DNA from: Octopus vulgaris
Taxonomy: Eukaryota
Length of the DNA stretch: 64,000 nt
Assembly: GCA_951406725.2 (NCBI GenBank)
Contig: OX597821.1
Location: forward strand, 13,764,001 to 13,828,000
Reading direction: 5' to 3'
Below, piece by piece: positions 1 to 14,519 of the stretch; within the stretch, counting starts at the first letter, position 1; every line of letters starts with the position of its first letter. Under the pieces are notes generated by a model. The model saw only the letters and a program-made list of their open reading frames with translations. It did not search any database and had not been told where the DNA came from. Made by a program: the position numbers and the translations under genes.

Positions 1-818
1 ACGGCAGTGCTCCAGCATGGCCACAGTCAAATTACTGAAACAAGTAAAAGAGTAAAAGAGTATCTAATATTAAAAACAAAATAGTTAAGGCAACGCCTGG
101 ACTTTGCTGTTTCGAGTCCTTGAACTCTTAGGGCCGGTTGCCGGATTCTATGGCATATAAGTGAGCGGGAACCCAACTTTATACCCTGGACGAGAAAACC
201 AGTCCGTCGCAGGGTTACCCATTACATTTGAATGGACATAGAAATTTGAAAAGGAATCGTTTTCGCCGAAAACAGAACTCCCGCCCGCTCCGGAAACCGA
301 AACCACGATGTTGTGATCGCGAGTGCAACGTCTTAACCACTAAGCCAGACTTTTTTCCTTTTTTTGTTTATGACAGAAGGCTATGATTTGAAGGATATTT
401 GTTGTAGCTGTTGTTGTTTTTCCAACAGGCCATACAGATACTGCTTCATTGCATCGAAATAGACTGTGAGTTCTTTGTAGAGGAATGCCATAGATATGTA
501 GTAAAATAAATATAAATATTCTGAAGAATGAATATGTGGGTATTATATTTGAGTCCTCCTCGTTGTAAAGTCATGAATAGGAGTTTTGTTAGAAAATGAG
601 GTTACTATAAGATAAACTTCTCAGAATTAAACCAAAATGGTGGGTGGTGAGGAGAGACTTAGAGAGAATAATACAAAGCAGTGTGTGAACAGAAGGGAAG
701 TGGATATAGTTTAGGGGTAGGTTAGTTTGTGAAGAAGGAAGTTAGCCTTCCAAGATGATGGTTTCTTGTTAAGTTGGTGGCACGGATACAGGATAAGGTT
801 TGTGGCTAGCGGATGAAG

Positions 819-1585
819 GTCGGTTAGAGAGAGGTGGGGTGATGTTGTGAGTGATGATGAGAGTTGGTTAGAGAGGGAGAATAGGAGAGTCAGAGTGGCG
901 GTGAGAGTTGGTTAGAGAGAGGTGGGGTGATGTTGTGAGGGATGATGAGAGTTGGTTAGAGAGGGAGAATAGGAGAGTCAGAGTGGCGGTGAGAGCTGGT
1001 TAGAGAGAGGTGGGGTGATGATGAGAGTTGGTTAGAGAGAGGTGGGGTGATGTTGTGAGGGATGGTGAGAGTTGGTTAGAGAGGGAGAATAGGAGAGTCA
1101 GAGTGGCGGTGAGAGCTGGTTAGAGAGAGGTGGGGTGATGATGAGAGTTGGTTAGAGAGAGATGGGGTGATGTTGTGAGGGATGGTGAGAGTTGGTTAGA
1201 GAGGGAGAATAGGAGAGTCAGAGTGGCGGTGAGAGTTGGTTAGAGAGAGGTGGGGTGATGTTGTGAGTGATGATGAGAATTGGTTAGAGAGGGAGAATAG
1301 GAGAGTCAGAGTGGCGGTGAGAGCTGGTTAGAGAGAGGTGGGGTGATGATGAGAGTTGGTTAGAGAGGGAGAATAGGAGAGTCAGAGTGGCGGTGAGAGT
1401 TGGTTAGAGAGAGGTGGGGTGATGTTGTGAGTGATGGTGAGAGTTGGTTAGAGAGGGAGAATAGGAGAGTCAGAGTGGCGGTGAGAGTTGGCTAGAGAGA
1501 GGTGGGGTGATGTTGTGAGTGATGGTGAGAGTTGGTTAGAGAGGGAGAATAGGAGAGTCAGAGTGGCGTGAGAGCTGGTTAGAGA
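819..1585. repeat. Composite purine-rich minisatellite (44-nt unit A, 44-nt unit B, 32-nt unit B')
   Basis: A=gagagttggttagagagggagaataggagagtcagagtggcggt; B=gagagttggttagagagaggtggggtgatgttgtgagggatgat; B'=gagagctggttagagagaggtggggtgatgat. About 18 units in total. Confidence 0.9.
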
Positions 1586-1895
1586 TTGGGAGCTGCGTTG
1601 GTAATTGATTAGAGAGATAGAGATATATAGAGAGAGTATTGACGGGAGTAGACTAGAGAGAGAGTGGGAGTGAGCTTCATAGTGGTGGTAAGAGTAGGGT
1701 ACTGTGTAGTAAAGTTTAAAAAATGAGATAAATTTCAGGAAAAATCATGACTATACTTCATGTAGATCCTGTGTGTGTGTGAGTGAGGGAGGGAGGGGAG
1801 AGAGGGAGGGAGAGAGAGAGATTTGAGAAATAAGGAGAGAGATAGAATAAATGAGGAAATCTGAACGTGATAGAGAAATTTACTAAATGATGGCA

Positions 1896-2277
1896 AGTGG
1901 AGGCGCAATGGCCCAGAGGTTAGGGCAGCGGACTCGCGGTCATAGGATCGCGGTTTCGATTCCCAGACCGGGCGTTGTGAGTATTTATTGAGCGAAAACA
2001 CCTAAAGCTTCACGAGGCTCCAGCAGGGGATGGTGGTGATCCCTGCTGTACTCTTTCACCACAACTTTCTCTTACTTCCTGTTTCTGTTGTACCTGTATT
2101 TCAAAGGGCCGGCCTTGTCACTCTCTGTGTCACGCTGAATATCCCCGAGAACTACGTTAAGGGTACATGTGTCTGTGGAATGCTCAGCCACTTACACGTT
2201 AATTTCACGAGCAGGCTGTTCCGTTGATCGGATCAACCGGAACCCTCATCGTCGTAACCGACGGAGTGCTTCCATCC
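1896..2277 (+). mobile_element. tRNA-derived SINE, family A (full length, with TSD)
   Basis: tRNA-like head (A box TGGCCCAGAGG, B box GGTTTCGATTCCC). Flanked by the 11-nt direct repeat aaatgatggca (1885-1895 and 2278-2288). Near-identical copies at 7461, 11851 and 50006. Confidence 0.85.
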
Positions 2278-3496
2278 AAATGATGGCAGCAGTTGGTGTG
2301 TGTTGGTGAGAATTTAATGGCAGGTCAACGTTCGAGAGGCAGGTGAATTAGTTGTTTTATAGCTCTAGGTCAGCTATGTTCAAACAGACACATAATCAAA
2401 AGACATTCCAACCATGCCACACTCTTCTCTTTTGTTTTTCAACCACATTATCCAATGTTTTTCTTTTTTATTTTAAGGCATTAAAGCTTTGATTTAAAGA
2501 AGATTTAACTAGTCCGATTTTTTGCAAGTCTTGAACAGGAATTTCAAGCTAGAGATAACTCTGTCCGTTACTTCCAACTGTCTTGCAAACCCTTGCCAAG
2601 ATTCTTGGACGCAGCTCTTCTAACTCTGACTAAGCTATCGAACAAAACAAAATAGAATTAAGTTGAAAGAGCGCAGGCTTTGTGTGTCTGTGTTTGTCCC
2701 CCCAACATCGCTTGACAACCGATACTGGTGTGTTTACGCCCCCGTAACTTAGAAGTTCGGAAAAAGAGACCGATAGAATAAGTACCATCTTACAAAGAAT
2801 AAGTCCTGGGGTCGATGAAACAAAAGAGTAAAAGAGTAAAAGAATACACGGAAGCGCACGCGCACGCACACACATATACATACACACACGCAGTACATGT
2901 CTATATACACTCACTCACGCACGCACACAAAGCGAAAAAGACAGAAAGAGAGAAATACGGTGTTCGCGCACGCGTGTGTGTGTCTTGTGTATTACGTAGT
3001 TGACAAACATATCCTCATACTTAATATTGTCTTCTGATGAAATTAATTGCTTTGTTCCAGGCTGGTGCTTTCATTTTTCGTCATCAAAATGGCATCTATT
3101 GGTCGTAATGAAAGCTAATTTGCACAAATGAATCTTTGGCACTAAACAAACCCGCCGTAACACGTTTATCTTTTTCACTATATTACCATTATGTGCAAAA
3201 GTCGTAATAGATTCTTAAGAAAAGTAGTATCGATTTATTTCTTACCATTTAATTGTTGTTAACGAGATGTGCACTAAATTTGCAAGTCAAATTATCACAT
3301 TGCTGCAGTGCATGCAGTCGTTAATCCTGTAATATTAGTATCGTTAGTAAATTGTATTTTTCTTATGCTGACTGCAACTGGGTGCAGCAAGACTGTCACG
3401 TGACTATTGTCTGTCTCTAACGGAAGAGAAAAGTAATTAAATACGTACAACTTTAGTCTGTGAAGTGCAGATATTTCTAGGTGCAGCAAAACTGCT

Positions 3497-3963
<467 letters not shown>

Positions 3964-4115
3964 ATTCGTTATCACCTTATTTTATTATTCTCGTTATTAT
4001 TTTCGGTGCTTTTCATTGTTTTTTCTTTCTTTTTTTTTACTATTTATATTATTCTATCTCCCATCCATCATGTTACAACTTCTTTAATCGGGCCTTTTCT
4101 ATTTTCTATTTTCAG

Positions 4116-4187
4116 TATATTGGTACTCTCGATGTACCCAGACCTAGCAGTCGGGTAGAGATTGTAGCTGCTATGAGAAGAATTCGG
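4116..4187 (+). CDS. NOS1AP: Internal coding exon of a CAPON/NOS1AP-like PTB-domain adaptor ([24 protein letters not shown])
   Basis: Polypyrimidine tract plus ttcAG acceptor ending at 4115 and GTAAGT donor at 4188. The exon is 72 nt, phase 0/0. The peptide closely matches the N-terminal PTB segment of vertebrate NOS1AP as I recall it ([24 protein letters not shown]). Confidence 0.93.
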
Positions 4188-4222
4188 GTAAGTAATAATG
4201 TAATAATAATAACAACAACAAC

Positions 4223-4284
<62 letters not shown>

Positions 4285-4382
4285 TAGTAGTAGAATTCGT
4301 ACCTATACAAATTGGAACCTTTGCCTATGGAATAACAACATAGGCACATTGCCTGGCGTACTAACGATTCTGCCAGCTTGCC

Positions 4383-4434
<52 letters not shown>

Positions 4435-5435
4435 TAATGGTTTCAAATTTTGCAACAAGGGCAGCCATTTTGTGGGGAGGGGATAAGTCGTTTACACTGA
4501 CCCTAGTGCGTAACTGGAACTTAATTTATCGAACCCGAAAGGATGGTAGACAAAGCTAACCTCTGCGGAATCTGAACTCAGAACGTAAGGACGGACGAAA
4601 TGCCGCTAAGCATTTTGTCCGGCGTGCCAACGAATTTGCCAACTCGCCTCCTAGCAATAATAATAAGTGCCTTTTTTTCTATTATGTGCACCGCAAACTA
4701 AGAGTACAAGCCTAAATCAAATGCTTAGATCAACATGTAATACATATGTTCATAAGCTGCGTGTTTACGTAGCCTCTAATCAACGTAACATTTTAGAAGT
4801 GGGGAAGATGAGGTAAAAATGACCACGTGATTGGTTATGCAATCGTGGCGGCATATTGTTTCATTCCAAAAATAGGTGTTAAATGTAAATTATCTTGTTT
4901 TATCTTTGTTTCTCTTTGCCTGAATTCCTATTAAGTGTATTCAATCCTTTTTCAAGCTACAGTGCAGTTATAGGATTAGAATTCATATCCAAGTTCCTCC
5001 CTAGGGCTAAACAAAACACAATATACCGCAGAAACTCTTTTCCCAGACACTTTAACTCAAGCAGTGTGTACTTAGAAGCATCGCTGTTTGGGGAAATCCA
5101 GCTGTGAACAAATATATGTTGTTCTTTGGTTCTATGGAAAGAACTGTAGTGAGTTTGGTCCTGCTGGGATACCACCATACGATTTATCCCTTAGAAAGGA
5201 ATGGTCTGATGGCTTAGAAATGTCGTTTCGAACGGAAGAAAAAAGAAAGATCAGGCGTTGGCACAGTTGTGCAGTGAAAAGGTTCGCTTCGCAACTGCGT
5301 GGTTTCGGATTCTGTGTCACTGCGGGTTGTCCTGAGCACGTGTGACCTCTACTATATTTCTGGGTAGATCAATGCTTTGCAAGTGCATTTTGAATTACGG
5401 AAACTGAGTTGGAGCCCGCCGTATACATAGCTATA

Positions 5436-5491
<56 letters not shown>

Positions 5492-5658
5492 CATCTATTA
5501 AAACTACCACCGCTGCTGGACGATAGTCGTTTGCTTACATATATACTTTTGTGTTACTTAACACTGTACGTCTACAAGAGATATCTGAAGACGAATACCG
5601 CAGTTAATGAGATTTTTCATGATGTATCTGCATTAAGTATGATATACAGATTCACACA

Positions 5659-5728
<70 letters not shown>

Positions 5729-6432
5729 TAAGATGCAACCGTGTGTGAAAAGAGGAGAGAGAGAGGGCGACTTTGTGCCTGTTTCCCACTACATGTCAAC
5801 CAGTGCTGTGAGTCCATATTTTGAACAACTACCAGTTGTTTCTCCATAATGTTCTTCTATCAAAAGTTGTATCTTACCAAACATTTTCGCTTGATTACAA
5901 GCCCTGTACTACATTTCCGTTTCTTTCTAGTTTATTCTAGTTTATTTTCACTCTCCTCCTCCAACACCACTACTCCACGGTTCTGCTTTTGCATTCTCTC
6001 AGTTTTATAAATTTAACCTGCCACTAAAAACACAGCGACATTAGAATACGTACTCCTGAATAGAGTACAACACTTGTACTGAGTACGTCACATCAGTGTT
6101 GCAATATAAACTCAGAGTACTCCAGCCGAGAGGTTAGAGTCTCATGCCTCATGCAATGTCATTCATCAACATAGTTTCTTTTCACGTGTGATAATAATTC
6201 CTTTAATACTAGAACAAGCAACTTTCTATGTGATCGTTTAAAGTGCTAGATCTCCCATTTAAACCTGCCATATCCGGCCAAATATTCAAATGAGGAGTAA
6301 ATAGACAGTCGACAACTGATGAAAGTTCGTTCTTCGTGTTACTTGTCTTGCTTTTTATTTGTTTCTCTCATTTATTTTCGTATTTCATGTTGTTTACTGT
6401 TAGTGACATCTTGTGCCCATATATATTTATAT

Positions 6433-6653
6433 TTCTTTTCTACCCACAAGATGCTAAACATAGAGGGGACAAACAAGGACAAACAAAGGGATTAAGTCAA
6501 TTACATCGACTGGTACTGGTACTTATTTAATCGACCCCGAAAGGATGAAAGGCAAAGTCGACCTCGGCGGAATTTGAACTCAGAACGTAGCGGCAGACGA
6601 AATACCGCTTAGCATTTCGCCCGGTGTGCTAACGTTTCTGCCAGTTCGCCGCC
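6433..6653 (-). mobile_element. tRNA-derived SINE, family C (Meta/MESC-like central domain)
   Basis: Reverse complement of ggcggcgaactggcagaaacgttagc…gagttcaaattcc…gcctttcatcctttcggggtcg…aagtaccag. Many copies occur in the window. Confidence 0.75.
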
Positions 6654-6655
6654 TT

Positions 6656-6747
<92 letters not shown>

Positions 6748-7370
6748 TTGTGTGCATATATATATATATATGTGTGTGTGTGTACACACACACACACACA
6801 CACACACATGCATATATCGGTATAGGACATCACCAAACAGTAAACAACATGAAATACGAAAGCAAATGAGTTCAATACGTAAACAACGAGAGAAACAAAT
6901 GGAAAACAAGACGAGTAACATAAAGAACGACTCTTCGTCAGTTGTTGGCCGTCTATCTACTCCTCATTTCCTGCATTGAACGACAATATGAGACTTCGAA
7001 GACAGTTGTTCCCATACGTGCCAAAATAAAATTAAGGATTTATAGAGGGTCAGTGTTGGGAACAATAACAGGAGAGTGGAGACAAGCAAAGAAACCGAAC
7101 GAAAACAAACATGGAGGGCCGTTAGGGTAGAACGAGGGTAAAATAGCGAACGCTGGAGAAATATGTTCCTTGACAAGAGAAAAGAGAGAAGGGAGAGGTA
7201 GAATACGTCCAGTCCTTAGAACAATCCTGAAAGAAAAGAGAGTTGATCACGTGAGGAAAAGAAAGCTGGGCGATGGTCACGTATGAGCAACGAGAGAGAG
7301 AAACGGAGACAGAGGGAGAGAGAGAAAATAGTATAGAGTCCGCATCAAAAAGATAAACTTACTTGGAAAT

Positions 7371-7408
<38 letters not shown>

Positions 7409-7460
7409 TACTGAACCATGGGAGGGGCATTATACGAATACGAACTATATATATATATGT

Positions 7461-7839
7461 GGAGGTGCAATGGCCCAGTGGTTAGGGCAGCGGACTCGCG
7501 GTAGTAGGATCGCGGTTTCGATTCCCAGACCGGGCGTTGTGAGTGTTTATTGAGCGAAAACACCTAAAGCTCCACGACGCTCCGGCAGGGATGGTGGTGA
7601 TCCCTGCCGTACTCTTTCACCACAACTTTCTCTCACTCTTATTTCCTGTTTCTGTTGTACCTGTATTTCAAAGGGCCGGCCTTGTCACTCTCTGTGTCAC
7701 GCTGAATATCCCCGAGAACTACGTTAAGGGTGCACGTGTCTGTGGAGTGCTCAGCCACTTACACGTTAATTTCACGAGCAGGCTGTTCCCTTGATCGGAT
7801 CAACCGGAACCCTCGTCGTCGTAACCGACGGAGTGCTTC
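7461..7839 (+). mobile_element. tRNA-derived SINE, family A
   Basis: Near-identical to 1896-2277 and inserted in a (TA)n tract. Confidence 0.85.
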
Positions 7840-9734
7840 TAATATATATATATATATATATATATAATCAACTAGTTTGTATATCATTACAATATTGGTT
7901 TCACAAACCCAAAAGTGCCGCCCCATAACAATGTCACCCGGTTTGGGCCACCCTCTTCCCACCTACACTGAACTTCCAAAACAAGTACACTACTGCAATC
8001 AAGAGTAGAAAACCAAGAGATCCATTTCCTTGAATTGGATACACTGTATCTGGAGGGAGGAGAGATGCGGGGTTGTCATGGGTGGAATGCTTTGATCATA
8101 GATCTTTTCGTTAGAGCTGACATGGAACGTTAAACAACAACAACAACAACAGCTGTTTCAGAGCCCTTCTTTAAATCCCACTGCGAAACTCCTCTACGCG
8201 TTCACAGCAAAGCCACCGTCTTTTGGCGCTACCTCTTCCCATCACTGTCTTCTAACACTCCCCCCCTTCAAACTGTTATTTTAAAGATTGTTGTAACATT
8301 AGGCATGTACTACTGTTAACACTGCGCTACTTGTGTGTTTTGTTACTACTTATCACTTATAAACTGCCACACGTTGTAGTTCTGGGGTCGTTAGGGTTAG
8401 AACAACTGCAAAGGCTCTATTACATTACGAGTGAGAAGAGCAGAACCATGCTTGGGAGTACCAAGACAAATAAATACTTAGTGAATCAGGAGATAGTATA
8501 TGATTTCGCTGTCTACGAGCTGCAGGTGTGGTAAAGCGGGATGGCAGGAATGTTAAAACAAAGAACAAAAAACAATAAATAGAAAGAAAGAAAGAAAAGA
8601 TAGTAAATAGAAGACATGAAATTCGACAACAAAACCGAAAAAATATATGTATGTGCATGAATTCTTGTATAATTTGTGTTCCTCAAACACCTGCTTGGTT
8701 CTCACGGGATTTTAGGAAATAGTTTGCAAAGGGACTTAAATATATTTCATTAAATGATATTTTATATAAATAGAACAGTGTTTGTCGCTATAAGTTTATA
8801 TATATTTTATATATTATTTTCTTACTTTCTACAATGTTTGTTTCGTGTTTTCTTATATTCGTCTATTAAATATTTTCACGTGTAGTGTTTGTCCCTTAAC
8901 CATATCCCATAATTCAATTAAATTTTTTTTTTTTCGGTAAATGTTTGACATTGAAAAGGTTGAATACACACACTTGTCCTTCGAATTCTTCAATAACAGA
9001 AGAATCGAAAACAAAACGGTTTTTATTCCTGTTCTAATTTCCAGACATAATGGTGCCCGTTTTCCATTCAGGTAAACATATACGAATAAGGCTAAAATTT
9101 TGCTCACGCAGATTAGCTACCACCTGGAGCAAGAAACGAACTTGGTGCTAAGTACATTAGATATTCAAAACTGATATCAACTCATCCTGAAGAATCTATT
9201 ACGCTTCAAGACCCCTGAGTGAATGCCAGCAAAATAATTAACTGAACAATCGCAAGGCAAGTGTTAGTCCAGAAGACAAATGAAAGATCCAAGCTTTTAA
9301 CCTAAAGTTTTCAGTCTCTTCTCTCATCAGCCCTCTCTCTCCAGATTTCTAGACTTGTATATAAGGTTTACCTTACTGCAGATTCTGTGGCGTTTGCCGG
9401 AGAGCAAGAGATAAGCTCCCAGAGAGTCAATCCTAGACACGATCTCGGTTGAAGCCATTTTATTATTTTACTTTATGTTATTAATCCGTTTTCTGCGACT
9501 TATACTTAAGCATTTCTAAGACCCCGATTAAAAGTTTCCACTATGGATGCAGGCATGGATATGTGGCAAGAAGCTTGCTTCCCAACAACATAAATTCGGG
9601 TTCAGTCCCACAGTAAGGCACCTTGAGCAAGTGTCCTCTACTTTAGCCCTTAGCTGATCAAAGCTATGTGACTGGATTTGGTAGAGGGAAACTGAAAGAA
9701 TCCGATCGTATAATTATATACATTTGTGTATGTG

Positions 9735-9851
<117 letters not shown>

Positions 9852-11554
9852 GTGTGTGTGTTTGTGTATATATATAGCAACACCAACTCTGGGTCATTGA
9901 GTTATTCTGTTGTTTCTGCAAAATATCAATAAAAATATACGTATATTTGAGTGTGTGTGTGTTCCACTACCAACTGCTTGACAATTGGTTGCAGTTCGGT
10001 AAAGAAGAGAACGATACTACTTATTTTTCGAGTCTAGTACTAATTCTATCGTTCTCTTCTTTACCGTCTAGTACTCTTCTTAGTACTAGACTCGAAAAAT
10101 AAGTAGTAAGGTCGATTTGTTCGACTCACCCAGTCATGGGAAAACTGCGGCCCACGTGACATTCTCAGTGGCACGGCAACGAAAAATTATCAGGAACTTT
10201 ATAGCAGTCCGACCTGCCTGGCGATGCGACATGTTTCTCGCGACTCGCTTCTAGGTAAAGGTTGCCTATGTCGAGACTAAGCGCATCAATGCAGTGCCCT
10301 AGCATGGCCGCAGTTCAATAATTGAAACAAGGAAAATATAACACATATCCACTTAATTCAGTGTTTAATTAGAGAGCGTAGATATTAAGTAAAATGGAGA
10401 GGGTGAACAAAACTAGTGCATATTTCTACAAATGGAAGTGATTAAAAATGGAGGCTTTCGTTTTATAAAAAAATGCGATACATACCACAGTGTTTTTGTT
10501 GGGGAGGTAGGGACTGAAGAAAATATTTTTGTGGGGATGTGTGGAAGTGAATAGGGAGAGGGATCAGTATGCTTTGTTGGTTTATAAATATATATATAGA
10601 GAGAGACGTTTGGTTTAGTTGCCTTCCGCTGGTTGTCGTCAACCTTATCTACTTAGAGATATCTCAAAGAGTAAAAGAGAGAGCGGGGGAGACGTGTTAT
10701 GTGTGTGTGTATGTGTGTGTGTGTGAGTGAGTGTGAGTTCGGAGGTGTGTGTTTGTGTGTATGGAGGGGTGTTTAAATAAACCCAAACACACGAAATACA
10801 TGACTGCGTTCCAGGTGGTAAGATGTATGTTAGTAGCAAGAACTGATAAAACGCTATTAGAAGTGTCGGAATAGAATAAGTCTGTATGTATGTAAAGTTT
10901 CCAGAAGTTTCTAGAACATATAGAGAAAACAGATGTAGTATTTATTAGCTTCATTTGAATATAACCTACCATCAACAGGCGGAATATCACCATAACTGTC
11001 TATCGTTGCCGCCAACATCAACACCACAGAATAAACATCAGCGTAACGAACTCTTATTAGTTCTACTTTTCTAGTCATGAGTGTCCCATCTTTTTCCTGT
11101 TTATATAATATTATTATTATTTTTATATTTTGTTCTTGATTCCCTTCCTTGGCGTTAGGAAGGGCATCTATCCGTAAAAACCATGCCCCAAACAGACATG
11201 GAGACCGGGCAGCTCTTCAACAGGCCAGCTCCTGTCAAACTGTCCAACCCATGCCAGCATAGAAAACAGACGTTAAATGATGAAAATAATGGTGATTTAT
11301 TAAGAGAATCTGACGACTTTACCAATTCGTCTGTCTATTGGAGTTGGGACTGCATGTTCTTGGTCTGTCTTCTTAACTTCTTGGAGAGTTTAGGTATAAT
11401 TATATTATGTCCATCTATTCTAATTTAATTAAATTCTATGTCTTTGTGCAGCTGAAGATTGCTCTGCATTTTAAGTTGATGTAATGATTGCATTGTTCAA
11501 TTAAATGGAGTTGCATGACACTGCATTACCTCTGGATATCCTTGTTGTTTATTT

Positions 11555-11592
<38 letters not shown>

Positions 11593-11709
11593 CAGCAAAA
11601 TTAATTTTGCTGTTGAATTTATTAATAGTCTCTGTGACTATTTACTTTTTTCCCACTAGGCCGCTGGTGGCAAATAATTTCTGCTGAATTTTTTGCCACC
11701 CTATATTGA

Positions 11710-11747
<38 letters not shown>

Positions 11748-11850
11748 CGTCTTAAGCTCTCACCCGAAACTGCTGGCCTTGTGCCAAAATTTGAAATCAT
11801 TATAACTGAGCATAAAAACAAACATTTATATATATATATATATATATAAA

Positions 11851-12011
11851 GGAGGCGCAATGGCCCAGTGGTTAGGCAGGACTTGCGGTCGGAGGATCGC
11901 GGTTTCGATTCCCAGACCGGGCGTTGTGTGTGTTTATTGAGCGAAAACACCTAAAAGCTCCACGAGGCTCCGGCAGGGGATGGTGGTGATCCCTGCTGTA
12001 CTTTTCACCAC
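11851..12011 (+). mobile_element. Family A SINE 5' part fused to a family B SINE tail
   Basis: Family A head up to ctttcaccac, then ctaaaaggcggtgtccagcatggccgcagtc, which is the family B 3' end. Confidence 0.7.
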
Positions 12012-12132
12012 TCTAAAAGGCGGTGTCCAGCATGGCCGCAGTCAAATGACTGAAGAAGTAAAAAAAAAATATATATATATATATATACATAAATACAGAC
12101 ATGCATACATACATACATACATACATACATAA

Positions 12133-12176
<44 letters not shown>

Positions 12177-13779
12177 CTGGTAGATTGTATTGAGGACCAC
12201 ACTGTTCAAATTATCACTTTTTTATTCGAACGATTCGAGTGTCTGTTCTTCGTATAGTTCTCCATGATAGAATATATAGAAACGTTGTCCTCGTGCTTTC
12301 TTTAAGAAACGCAATACAAATTAAATTCAATTCAACAAAGAATTCTAACGAAACACTGTGAGATTTAGATAAAAGGCAGATTTTTAACGTTTCGGATGTT
12401 TGTTCTTCTCCTAAGAACGAAGAAGGGGGAGTGGGGTTGTTCCTAGAAAGTAGTCAAATTGATTTCCTTTCACGCTTCCAGGCAACAATTCCACTTTATC
12501 TATCACCCTCTCTAACTAATTCTCAGACGCACGGCAAAGCTTTGTTATTGTTTCGAACTTAGAACCTCACCAGTTTCCTCGGATTCTGGAGGTTCACCTT
12601 AATGAAACACGATACAACGTCCTACGACTGCTACTACTGCGTTTGTCTGGGTCAAGTGAACGAGGTCGTTGAAATTTAAAATGTTAAATGTCATGGTTAC
12701 ATGACAGTATTCGAACCGTCAACCGATCTAATTGCTCAGTACCTAATCATCCCACCCATCAGTATTGCGTTAGGTAAGTTGATATTTGAAAGCTAATCAA
12801 AGTGGAAAAGAGTAACTAGAGGCATTTTCAGTATTTTAATTTGCAATAGACACTTTTAAACTATGCATAACTGCGTTAGCGGATTCATATTTATATTTTG
12901 CCTTTATTTTTTTATATTATTTTTTAAAACTTATTTCCCTGAATCAGGCGACGAATTGGTAAAGTCGCCAGATCCTCATAATAAATCATCATTATTTTCA
13001 TCATTTAACGTCCGTTTTCTATGCTGGCATGGGTTGGACAGTTTGACAGGAGCTGGCCAGGTGAAGAGCTGCCCAGGCTTCATGTCTGTTTGGGCATGGT
13101 TTCTGCGGCTAGATGCCCTTCCTAATGCCAAGGAAGGGCATCAGAACAATATATATATATAATAATATTATATCTTATTCCGATTTTGTTCTCTGCGCAC
13201 TGAGCTCAAGTCCCAATGTAGTGAACTGTCAATCATCCTTTGAAGTCGGTAAAAATGTACTCATTCAGAGTGGAGAGATGCCTTACGGTAACTGCTCCGA
13301 CATTTTGTCTTATGACTGCCACGCCTGCAAAAATGCTGTTGCCAAGTTACATCGGCCCACGTCGGTAGATTCTCCTCTACATAAACATCTATGACGCAGA
13401 GACAGATGACTCGCATGCATAAGTAACTGCTAGTCTTCCTCAAGAGAAATCTTGTTCAGCCCTGCACAAACTTGTGCAGATGCATAGCTAGTCTTGAAAG
13501 CTGGAGACCCTACAAAAAATGGCTGTATGGGTAAGAAAATTGTTTATAGATTATGTGGTTTTACGTTCAGTCTCTCTGCGTGACAGCTTGGGAAAGGGTT
13601 GTCTACTACAGCCCCGAGTCGATCAAAGGCTTGTGAATTAATTTGGTAGACGGAAACAGAAAAAAAGCCTGTCGTACATATTTGTGCATGCGTGCGTGTG
13701 TGTGTGTGTGTGTGTAGTACTTATTTTATTTTATCGATCTTGAAAGGATGAAAACAAAGCCATTGCTTCCCGTACTTTA

Positions 13780-14347
13780 AAGGCTGTTATCGGCCTTTCG
13801 CAGCGTTCCGTCTCCGTCGCCGAGAGCCGTGGTAGTCCGTCGAGGTTGGACGTGAAATCCATCATGCGGCTCGGCTCACCGCTGCTCCCGAACAGTTGAT
13901 ACCTGTCGTCTGAACAGCTTTACGAGTTTTTTGCACCCTTTTATCCGCTAAGCCTACACAGTTCCACTTTGCATCCAAAATTCCATTCCAGTCCTCCACT
14001 AACATTAAAGAGCGAGTCGTTCCTGGGAAGATTTCCAGACGTCTGAAGAAATCTGGTCGTCCTGCCCCTGTTGGGACATAGACGGTAACCAGCCTGCGGG
14101 TCCAGGAAGATTGCTCTTATTGCAAGATCCAGATTTTCTCGAACCATCACGGCGACTCTACCTCCCGTTCACGGACAACTTGAAAATGTATACACCACAT
14201 AGCCACCGAAAATGGGTCGGAAATTCTGATTTCATAAATGGCCACCACGTTGACATTCAGTGTCCTGATGTCGTTGAGCAGGTGACCCCGCTTCCAATGC
14301 GACCCCAGGCCACGTACGTTCATGCTGCCTATTCTGTACTCGACCAT
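13780..14347 (-). mobile_element. Degenerate non-LTR retrotransposon ORF2 5' fragment (APE/EEP endonuclease, L1/Tx1-like)
   Basis: MVEYRIGSMNVRGL…LNVNVVAIYEIR matches the (S/T)xNVRGL…QE endonuclease N-terminal motif. A downstream frame gives VYVP…FFRRLEIF…LMLVEDWNGILD (VYAP and GDFN-like motifs). Frameshifted. Confidence 0.75.
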
Positions 14348-14519
14348 GTTGTTGGAAAAAGAAAAGAAAAGGAAAACTTACTTGGTTTTGTTTGGAGGGC
14401 GGATTGCCCGTCCTTCTTGCTGTCTTTTTCCTTCTTTCCACAAAAATACAGTCGTCGTCTGTTTTTTTTTTGTTTTTTTTTTGTTTTTTGGTGCTAATCC
14501 GTTTACCACACTCGCACTC

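Noticed and set aside
435-620. Possible decayed Penelope GIY-YIG C-terminus on the minus strand (KLLFMTLQRGGL)
   Set aside because: Similarity is too short and weak to support without a profile search.
819-1585. CRISPR-like repeat/spacer appearance (constant 17-nt head with alternating tails)
   Set aside because: The 'spacers' are themselves repeated (only three types), the context is eukaryotic and there are no cas genes.
1899-1975. tRNA genes at SINE heads
   Set aside because: A/B boxes continue directly into multi-copy SINE bodies, and no complete cloverleaf is evident.
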